Shown here: positions 1 through 5,410 of the stretch, piece after piece
Layout of the letters: each line of letters starts with the position of its first letter
Position numbering within the stretch: the first letter of the stretch is position 1
Assembly (NCBI GenBank): GCA_037147375.1
Contig: JBAWVI010000015.1
Span: forward strand, 1-14,798
DNA length: 14,798 nucleotides
Direction: 5' to 3'
Origin: an archaeon
GTDB taxonomy: Archaea; Iainarchaeota; Iainarchaeia; Iainarchaeales; CSSED10-239
Program-made: the position numbers and the translations under genes
The notes under the pieces: generated by a model
Told to the model about the DNA's origin: nothing
Databases searched by the model: none
The model's input: only the letters and a program-made list of their open reading frames with translations

Positions 1-499
1 CATATATTCCATCTTGCAAGGTAATTGGATAAAGATAAGTTATTTTTTTAGTTGTTGAATCGCTTATGTTTAATAGATCTTCAAGATTTTCTTGATTATC
101 ATCACAAATATATTTTTTTGGATTTATTGCTGGAGGAGTTTCAGTAAATGTTTTTATTTGTTCAGTATAAATTATATCTGGACGACTAATGTTTAGTGTA
201 TTTTGATTATCTGTATTTAGATCTAAATCAATAATAAATGCATTCCACTTCTTGTTTGTGCTTACTTTATTACATGTTTTCATAAATAAATTATAATCTG
301 GAATTAATGGTTCAGATTTTAATATCATTGAAATTGATATTGCTTCTTGTTCAAGTGAATAAAGACCAGTGCTTGTTTTGTAGGTGTTATATGTGCTTAA
401 GAATACAGCAAAGAAGATAATTAGACCTAAGAATATTGGAATTAAGCTTGGGAGGTCATCTCCAATAGCTCCAATAAATCCTTTTTTATTTTTAACCAT
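1..499 (-). CDS. Partial (3'-truncated by window edge) N-terminally anchored, pilin-like hypothetical protein
   Basis: Absent from the ORF track because there is no stop inside the window. Manual minus-strand translation from ATG at 499-497 gives MVKNKKGFIGAIGDDLPSLIPIFLGLIIFFAVFLSTYNTYKTSTGLYSLEQEAISISMILKSEP... and stays open to position 1. A basic KKG is followed by a long hydrophobic helix. It starts 16 nt after the stop of the upstream same-strand gene (516), so it is probably co-transcribed. Confidence 0.5.
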   Translation of the reverse strand, partial: MVKNKKGFIGAIGDDLPSLIPIFLGLIIFFAVFLSTYNTYKTSTGLYSLEQEAISISMILKSEPLIPDYNLFMKTCNKVSTNKKWNAFIIDLDLNTDNQNTLNISRPDIIYTEQIKTFTETPPAINPKKYICDDNQENLEDLLNISDSTTKKITYLYPITLQDGIY

Positions 500-515
500 A
501 TTTTATCAAATCAAT

Positions 516-1217
516 CTAAACTGGTTCTGTTGTTAAATCTTTTTCAATGGCTATACAATTAAGATTAAGTCCAGGAGCCAAATCATTTTCTGGATACATA
601 TTTTCTCGAATATAATATCCACAACTTCTGTATCCGTACTTTTTTGCACAGGGCATTATATAAAAATAATTTTTATTATCTTTTACTTTTTTAATAAATA
701 AAATTGTTGAATCAATTGAATCTGCTCTTGTTGGACTAAAATCAATACTTATGTCATTTGTATTCCAATTAACTGGTATTGTATAATATCTTTGTAATAA
801 TGGCTGGTCTTCTGGTTTAAATGCATTTATGAAAGTTATTTCTCCATTATAATCCACATCATATGCTGCAAGTATTTTTGTTTTTTTTAAATTCATGATT
901 GTAATTACCATTTTATTTTCATATTTTGTTGTTAAATCAAATTTATGTGTGGATATATTCATAACATATGGAATTGAATATATAGACGAAGTGTTTTCAT
1001 TTGTTTTTAACTTAACTGGGATATCAATGTATTTTATTGTGCAATAACTTTCAGAATCAATTCCTGATTTTAGTTCCTTTCCGGTTTTATATGCAAGTTC
1101 AAAACCTTGTCTTGTCATAAGATTTGATGATACTGTGTTCATAAAAAATAAAACAATAGCTGCAATAGCGGTTACAAATATTAAAAGATTAAGTTTAGAT
1201 AAAGTAAATTCAATCAT
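516..1217 (-). CDS. Hypothetical N-terminally membrane-anchored extracellular protein (possible minor pilin/pilus-associated), 4 Cys
   Basis: 233-aa ORF with ATG start. GGGGTG Shine-Dalgarno at 1227-1232, 9 nt upstream. The single N-terminal hydrophobic helix is MIEFTLSKLNLLIFVTAIAAIVLFF. The rest is polar and beta-rich with 4 cysteines. I recognise no family. Confidence 0.55.
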   Translation of the reverse strand: MIEFTLSKLNLLIFVTAIAAIVLFFMNTVSSNLMTRQGFELAYKTGKELKSGIDSESYCTIKYIDIPVKLKTNENTSSIYSIPYVMNISTHKFDLTTKYENKMVITIMNLKKTKILAAYDVDYNGEITFINAFKPEDQPLLQRYYTIPVNWNTNDISIDFSPTRADSIDSTILFIKKVKDNKNYFYIMPCAKKYGYRSCGYYIRENMYPENDLAPGLNLNCIAIEKDLTTEPV

Positions 1218-1249
1218 TTATTTTTGCACCCCTATTCCCACATTAATAT

Positions 1250-1789
1250 TTATATACTTTTTAGAAAACAAAAATTTGCTGATATTTGATCGGTTGCTGT
1301 TGCAGCTCTAAATAATCTATATCTTCCTGGTTCGATTAGATGAAGATTCATTGGATCAATAGGTGCCCATTTAAGTTCATCTTCAGTACTTAATCCACAT
1401 TCCTCTGGACTAGTTATAAAGTTCATTGTTGTTGGAAGTCCAGTACATATTGGAGATATAGGATATCTTATTCCTTTTTCTGTATCATTATAAACATATT
1501 CTAAGAGAACACAACTAACTCCATTTCCACAATACGCTGTACATTTACTTTGTACTTCATAATGATTTAATTGAATGCTTTCTGCTTTAGAATTAAAGCA
1601 AGCTTTTGTTTGGAAAGTTATATTTCTAAAAGTTAAGTCAGAGCCTAGAACAACATCACGAAGTGAGGTTACAAGGTCACCCATTTCTTTTCTTTTATCT
1701 CCAAGACAAGTATTTTCAGATAAGTTTTTTAGTGCATAAGTTCCTGCAAGGATTAACAATAACAGCAACAAGAATTTCAAAAGGTGCAC
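1250..1789 (-). CDS. Secreted Cys-rich (8 Cys) protein; probably the body of a class III-signal pilin whose true 5' end lies in another frame (see 1716..1826)
   Basis: The 179-aa ORF only opens with GTG at 1789, since revcomp of 1787-1789 is GTG. Its N-terminus MHLLKFLLLLLLILAGTYA|LK could pass as a Sec signal. An ATG-initiated ORF with a canonical prepilin leader overlaps its first 24 codons in a different frame. Confidence 0.6.
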   Translation of the reverse strand: MHLLKFLLLLLLILAGTYALKNLSENTCLGDKRKEMGDLVTSLRDVVLGSDLTFRNITFQTKACFNSKAESIQLNHYEVQSKCTAYCGNGVSCVLLEYVYNDTEKGIRYPISPICTGLPTTMNFITSPEECGLSTEDELKWAPIDPMNLHLIEPGRYRLFRAATATDQISANFCFLKSI

Positions 1790-1826
1790 TAACTTGTCCT
1801 TTTCCTATATCTTTACTTGAAATCAT
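1716..1826 (-). pseudogene. 36-codon ORF encoding an orphan class III signal peptide (MISSKDIGKGQVSAPFEILVAVIVNPCRNLCTKKLI*); likely the displaced 5' end of 1250..1789 (frameshift, sequencing indel or recoding)
   Basis: Hand-verified codon by codon from ATG 1826-1824 to TGA 1718-1716. GKG|QVSAPFEILVAVIV closely parallels KKG|QAFSTFQLLIAAVV of the 3208..3765 pilin. TATA-like TTTAAATA at 1848-1855 is centred about 26 nt upstream of the ATG, the geometry of a leaderless archaeal transcript. Removing one base around 1752-1757 (GTT AAT CCT) would join it in frame, giving ...ILVAVIVILAGTYALKNLSEN. Confidence 0.5.
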
Positions 1827-1847
1827 ATACTAAAATATAATAAGAAG

Positions 1848-1855
1848 TATTTAAA
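1848..1855 (-). promoter_or_regulatory. TATA-box-like element (TTTAAATA on minus strand) upstream of the ATG at 1826
   Basis: Matches the archaeal TATA consensus TTTAWATA and is centred about 26 nt upstream of the ATG. AT-rich background makes chance matches common. Confidence 0.35.
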
Positions 1856-1899
1856 TTAGTTTTCTTTTAAGATAAGAGATTAATAGCTTAAAAAGAAAA

Positions 1900-2283
1900 T
1901 TATTTATTAGCTATTTTATTTTTTGAGTTGTATTTAATCATTTTCTTTTTTTCTGCAAGAAAAGCAGGTTTAAGTGCATTTATATTACTGAATATATAAT
2001 CTCTTTGTTCTTGGGTATAGGGTTTTTGAGTTATTCCCCGTCCCCTAAGAAGGTCCATAAACTCACCTATATAAATATCACAAAGTTTTGCTCCTTCAGA
2101 CATAGATATTTCATCTTCAGAATAAAGTTTAATAGCAAGTTCTTTAGATATTTCTTTAAGCCCTATATCTATTGCTTTTCTATAAACTTGTGCTTTATCC
2201 ATGAATGTATTTAATTTTACAATTAAAGCTACTTGATTAGTTGCTTTTTCATCAAGTCTTAGATTTACATTATTTAAAGCCAT
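1900..2283 (-). CDS. UPF0175-family-like antitoxin (N-terminal RHH-like segment plus HTH-like core, with C-terminal extension)
   Basis: The core ELAIKLYSEDEISMSEGAKLCDIYIGEFMDLLRGRGI matches the UPF0175 pattern (ELAIxLYxxGxISxGxAAELxGxSxxEFxxLLxxxGI) as I recall it. The ORF track starts at 2292, which is a GTG. I prefer ATG at 2283 (MALNNVNLRLDEK...), 5 nt after the PIN stop. Confidence 0.65.
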   Translation of the reverse strand: MALNNVNLRLDEKATNQVALIVKLNTFMDKAQVYRKAIDIGLKEISKELAIKLYSEDEISMSEGAKLCDIYIGEFMDLLRGRGITQKPYTQEQRDYIFSNINALKPAFLAEKKKMIKYNSKNKIANK

Positions 2284-2288
2284 ATTTA

Positions 2289-2783
2289 TCACATTATTAA
2301 TTTATTCATTTCTTCTATTTCATATTTATTAAATCTACCATTCATTATTAATAAATTTAAAGATTCTTTTGTATCTTCACAGGTAATAAATTTATTTTTA
2401 TGCATTTCAAATAAAAGTAACCAAGATGTATACAATTTTAGATGTAAAGACTTGCAAGCATTTATTCCTTTTTTATCATCAATCAATATTATTTTATTTA
2501 ATTCTTTTGCAAGAGCAATTGCATATAGCTCTCCAATATCTATTTTATATAATTTTGCAATTTCATTAACCATCTTTTGGCTAGGTTCTGAAATAACAAT
2601 TTTTTGGTTCGTAACTAAATTTTCAATTTCAAAAGCATCTGAATAATTTTTTTCTTTACCTTTTAACACTTCACTATAAACTATTTTCGGGATATATATC
2701 TTTATAAATTGAATAAGTTTTATTAATAGTTTTGATTTAGATAATAATATTAAAGTTGATGAATCAGATATAACTATTTCCAT
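2289..2783 (-). CDS. PIN-domain toxin, DUF3368-like (predicted RNase)
   Basis: The N-terminal VISDSSTLILLSK carries the first PIN Asp. GELYAIALAKELNKIILIDDKKGINACKSLHLKLYTSWLLLFEMHKNKFI matches the DUF3368 PIN pattern GEAEAIALAxEL..LLIDDxxARxxAxxLGLxVxGTxGVL. GGTG Shine-Dalgarno lies 7 nt upstream of ATG 2783. Confidence 0.7.
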   Translation of the reverse strand: MEIVISDSSTLILLSKSKLLIKLIQFIKIYIPKIVYSEVLKGKEKNYSDAFEIENLVTNQKIVISEPSQKMVNEIAKLYKIDIGELYAIALAKELNKIILIDDKKGINACKSLHLKLYTSWLLLFEMHKNKFITCEDTKESLNLLIMNGRFNKYEIEEMNKLIM

Positions 2784-2864
2784 TTGTTTACACCAAATAT
2801 ATATTATATAGAAAGAATTAAATATATTACGTTTTATTAAATCGTAACCTTTGGCTACATAACC

Positions 2865-2903
2865 CCTATAATTAATAAAATTTATAGGTTATTTTAATAA
2901 AAA
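2865..2903 (-). terminator. Possible terminator of the small pilin gene: T5 run (2899-2903, minus strand) followed by a 7-bp AT-rich hairpin (2865-2871 / 2882-2888)
   Basis: On the minus strand CTTTTTATT lies 25 nt downstream of the TAG stop at 2930-2928. CCTATAA / TTATAGG form an inverted repeat with a 10-nt loop. Oligo-T tracts are the usual archaeal termination signal. Confidence 0.35.
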
Positions 2904-2927
2904 GAATAAGTTAACTTAGTTAATTAA

Positions 2928-3143
2928 CTAGCTTGTGCCTGTTGTTCCACCAGTAACTGTGTTTGATGGTAGAGCTGCTTTCTTTGCACTAGCTTTAACA
3001 GAGTTATTAAACATTGGTTTAACAACAGCTATTAGGATGATTGCAACAATAACAACAATAAGGAGCATATAAAGAGTATTAGATTCAGCTTGTCCTCTAG
3101 TCTCTTTAAGAGCACACTTCAAATCTGAAATTAATCTTTTCAT
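2928..3143 (-). CDS. Minimal class III-signal pilin (71-aa precursor, about 54-aa mature); candidate major pilin
   Basis: MKRLISDLKCALKETRG|QAESNTLYMLLIVVIVAIILIAVV has a basic leader ending in RG, then Q-x-E-S...L and a 22-aa hydrophobic helix. The tail is short and ends GGTTGTS. It appears to have its own TATA-like box (TTTATTATATA), an AGGATGA Shine-Dalgarno about 9 nt upstream, and a downstream T-run. Confidence 0.75.
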   Translation of the reverse strand: MKRLISDLKCALKETRGQAESNTLYMLLIVVIVAIILIAVVKPMFNNSVKASAKKAALPSNTVTGGTTGTS

Positions 3144-3207
3144 AACTTAATTCATCCTAAATATATAATAAACAAAAATAATAAAAAGGGAAGGGGAAAA
3201 GAGAGAT

Positions 3208-3765
3208 TTATTGAGCTCTCTTTGGAAATATTACACAATTTGTAACTCCAGGATCTGCACTATCATCAAAGGTTATATCTTCTGGTGTAAATTTGATTTT
3301 AGGACTATCTCCGCTACTATAAGCCTCAATTGATGCCATCAAATCATCTTGAGTACCATCACAGAGTATACCTATCATGTATTTACCTTTATCAGTTTTA
3401 TCATAACCTATTGCAGTAGTTCCAATTGTACTAAATGTACCATCTAGTCCATTAATAGAAAATGCAATTTGTTGTCTATCAAGACCAGTATCATTTGTAA
3501 CTCCACTTGCTGCTAATGAGTTTGTTTTTCCAGAGAATGTTACTGATTCAGTGAAAGCTAATGTACCTGGATTATTTATTTGAGTTTTTAGTAAAGATTG
3601 AGCTGCTTGAGATGGATCCCCACCAATATCTACATTTTTCATAATTATTGGTAGTAATACACCTAAAAGAGCAAGTGCAACAACTGCAGCAATTAATAAT
3701 TGAAAAGTTGAGAATGCTTGTCCTTTCTTGTTTTTAATTTTTAAAATATTTGATAAATCTAACAT
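3208..3765 (-). CDS. Class III-signal pilin-like protein (185 aa)
   Basis: The N-terminus ...KIKNKKG|QAFSTFQLLIAAVVALALLGVLLPI is followed by a Gly/Thr/Ser-rich beta-type domain with 2 Cys. A strong AGGAGG Shine-Dalgarno sits 10 nt upstream of the ATG. Confidence 0.75.
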   Translation of the reverse strand: MLDLSNILKIKNKKGQAFSTFQLLIAAVVALALLGVLLPIIMKNVDIGGDPSQAAQSLLKTQINNPGTLAFTESVTFSGKTNSLAASGVTNDTGLDRQQIAFSINGLDGTFSTIGTTAIGYDKTDKGKYMIGILCDGTQDDLMASIEAYSSGDSPKIKFTPEDITFDDSADPGVTNCVIFPKRAQ

Positions 3766-3775
3766 TTTTAATCGT

Positions 3776-3781
3776 CCTCCT
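3776..3781 (-). promoter_or_regulatory. Shine-Dalgarno AGGAGG for the 185-aa pilin gene
   Basis: Plus-strand cctcct at 3776-3781 reads AGGAGG on the minus strand, 10 nt before ATG 3765. Confidence 0.6.
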
Positions 3782-3861
3782 TAATCTAGACATAAATATT
3801 ATATGTTTTTCAATTAAAACATTAAATCAAAACATATTTAAATGTATTTCTCATGGTTCCT

Positions 3862-4365
3862 TTAAACTATCTGATAGATTAGGTTAAAGCATACTGTTAT
3901 TATTGTTGGAATTACTAGCATGAAAAGTATATCCCATACATGTATCCCTGGTTGTTGTCTTGATTGTTTGTAATCAAAAAGATGATTCTTGTATGAATAT
4001 AATACTCTTCTTCTAATCGTCATTAAGTTCCATAAGGTACCAAATATAATTGCTGAAGTTACCCAAATTAAGGTAATTCCTGTTGTACCTGATTTTTGTA
4101 TTAAAGGAACAAATATTAATTTCCAAAATAAAAGAATTAAACCTACAGTTATTCCTGATGCAAATATCATCTTAATTAGGTTTTTCATAAACTTACTCTT
4201 AATTAAATCAATTAACTTGTTTAATACTAAACTTAAGATAAAAAATACAGTTATTAGTATAATTATTGCAAAGATTACAGCAAGTATAATTAATCCAAAG
4301 AAGTAACCTAGCACTAAGATAATGATTGCAATTAAAAACCATTTAAGTTTGTTTAATATATTCAT
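3862..4365 (-). CDS. Hypothetical polytopic membrane protein (about 5 TM), unknown family
   Basis: 167-aa ORF with ATG start, 19 nt after the upstream gene's stop. Hydrophobic segments lie at about aa 8-50 (two helices), 63-88, 93-115 and 142-165. I see no GxGD or paired-Asp motif of prepilin peptidases. Confidence 0.55.
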   Translation of the reverse strand: MNILNKLKWFLIAIIILVLGYFFGLIILAVIFAIIILITVFFILSLVLNKLIDLIKSKFMKNLIKMIFASGITVGLILLFWKLIFVPLIQKSGTTGITLIWVTSAIIFGTLWNLMTIRRRVLYSYKNHLFDYKQSRQQPGIHVWDILFMLVIPTIITVCFNLIYQIV

Positions 4366-4384
4366 ATTTTTTCAAATTTATTAT

Positions 4385-4906
4385 TTAATCAATAGCTTCA
4401 GGATATAAACTACTATCAGGTCTTGTATTGAAATATAATGCACAATATGTTGGACAATCTGTAGAGGTATTTAATATAATTGCTCCTTCATCTCCATAAT
4501 ATCCACAATAAACATAAACATCTGTTTTCATGAATTTTTTATTAATACTAATAAAATCAGTTGATGAATTATCAAATCCAGGTCCTGATTTAAATAGAAT
4601 ACATTCTTTTGAATATCCTGTTAACTTAGATATCCTTTCTTTTGAAATTATCCCAGAAAGCATAACATCTTCGATAATAAATGGGGTTTGCGTAGTTACT
4701 CCCGGGCCCTTGCTTGCAGAAATAATTCCTTCTTCAAACTTAGCAGTACTAATAATAATAGATTGATTATTAACTCTCCCAACCATAACAATAATAATAA
4801 CAAGAACAGCAGTTGCGAGTACAAAAGCGATTAAGAGGCGAAAGGATTCAGATGCTTCATCATCTCCTTTTTCATTCAAGCTTATTTTTTTAAATAATTT
4901 ATTCAT
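4385..4906 (-). CDS. Pilin-like protein with variant class III signal (173 aa, 4 Cys)
   Basis: MNKLFKKISLNEKG|DDEASESFRLLIAFVLATAVLVIIIVMVG aligns with the other leaders (ASESFRLLIAFV versus QAFSTFQLLIAAV). Its ATG overlaps the upstream gene by 8 nt (4899-4906). Confidence 0.65.
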   Translation of the reverse strand: MNKLFKKISLNEKGDDEASESFRLLIAFVLATAVLVIIIVMVGRVNNQSIIISTAKFEEGIISASKGPGVTTQTPFIIEDVMLSGIISKERISKLTGYSKECILFKSGPGFDNSSTDFISINKKFMKTDVYVYCGYYGDEGAIILNTSTDCPTYCALYFNTRPDSSLYPEAID

Positions 4907-5396
4907 ATTTAATTTTTCCAGTTAAGTCTATTTCATATCTTGGAAGAGAATGTTTTTTACTAAATTTTATTGATCTAATATTTCCTTCTTTGTCTTGCAC
5001 ATATAATTTATAACTATTTATATCTGCACCAATTACTTTTTTAACATTATTTAATTTTTTTAAAATATCATATTCTCTAGAACTACCTTTAACTAATTTA
5101 AACCCAAATATTTCTGCATATTTTGGATATTCATAAAAAATCCAAGAGTATGTTGCAATTTGGTCTAAATTATTTTCTTTAGCATGTTTAATTAATTTAT
5201 TTCTAATATCTAGTGCTTTTTCTCTTGTAAGTCTACCATTAGATATAAAATCATGAATTTCAAGGATTTTATGATTTGCTCTAAATGTTAAATGATAATC
5301 TGGAGTTTTAATTTCCTTTCTATTATTAATTATGTTTGCAACTGTTTTTTGATTTAATAATTTTTTCCTTATTTTAATGAATTTTGGGCTTTTCAT
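4899..5396 (-). CDS. Hypothetical soluble basic protein (165 aa), no TM or signal; unknown family
   Basis: ATG start 14 nt after the platform gene stop, with an 8-nt overlap into the next pilin-like gene, so it is embedded in the operon. It shows only a weak GNAT-fold-like pattern (ILEIHDFIS...LIKHAKENNLDQIATYSW...AEIFGFKLV) and lacks the Q/RxxGxG/A motif. Confidence 0.55.
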   Translation of the reverse strand: MKSPKFIKIRKKLLNQKTVANIINNRKEIKTPDYHLTFRANHKILEIHDFISNGRLTREKALDIRNKLIKHAKENNLDQIATYSWIFYEYPKYAEIFGFKLVKGSSREYDILKKLNNVKKVIGADINSYKLYVQDKEGNIRSIKFSKKHSLPRYEIDLTGKIKYE

Positions 5397-5410
5397 ATTT
5401 TATCAATAAT

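Noticed and set aside
516-1217. The N-terminus MIE|FTLSKLNLLIFVTAIAAIV resembles the bacterial type IV prepilin motif G|FTLIELLIV
   Set aside because: There is no Gly at the -1 position, no basic leader and no Glu at +5. The resemblance is probably just a generic hydrophobic anchor, so I only call it N-terminally anchored.
2284-2292. ORF-track start of the antitoxin at 2292 (and similarly the zinc-ribbon start at 9583)
   Set aside because: Position 2292 is a GTG that overlaps the PIN stop, and an in-frame ATG follows at 2283. Position 9583 is a TTG, and ATG at 9577 has a GTGAT Shine-Dalgarno 6 nt upstream. I preferred the ATG starts, though the longer forms cannot be excluded.
2005-2646. Plus-strand ORFs 2005..2214 (69 aa) and 2452..2646 (64 aa)
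   Set aside because: They lie entirely antisense to the better-supported antitoxin and PIN genes. Their products are low-complexity and Phe/Ile/Ser-rich, typical of shadow ORFs in AT-rich DNA, and they have no Shine-Dalgarno or promoter context.
1827-2927. The TA pair as part of a mobile island (looked for flanking direct repeats, an integrase or a tRNA target)
   Set aside because: I saw no integrase or transposase. The only short shared strings in the flanks are low-complexity A-rich ones such as AAAAAGAA, and nothing in 2784-2927 looks like a tRNA.
3862-4365. The 167-aa polytopic membrane protein as the missing prepilin peptidase
   Set aside because: It is too short, and I find no GxGD motif or second conserved catalytic Asp in a TM context as in PibD/FlaK/EppA. 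It is kept as an unknown membrane protein.
3989-4766. Plus-strand ORFs 3989..4306 (105 aa) and 4530..4766 (78 aa)
   Set aside because: They are antisense shadows of the 167-aa membrane protein and the 173-aa pilin-like gene, both of which sit in a tightly packed minus-strand operon. They have no recognisable motifs.
4899-5396. Calling the 165-aa protein a GNAT acetyltransferase (possible pilin-modifying enzyme)
   Set aside because: There is only a loose beta4-alphaA-beta5-like pattern, and the Q/RxxGxG/A acetyl-CoA-binding motif is absent. That is insufficient for a functional call without profile or structure searches.
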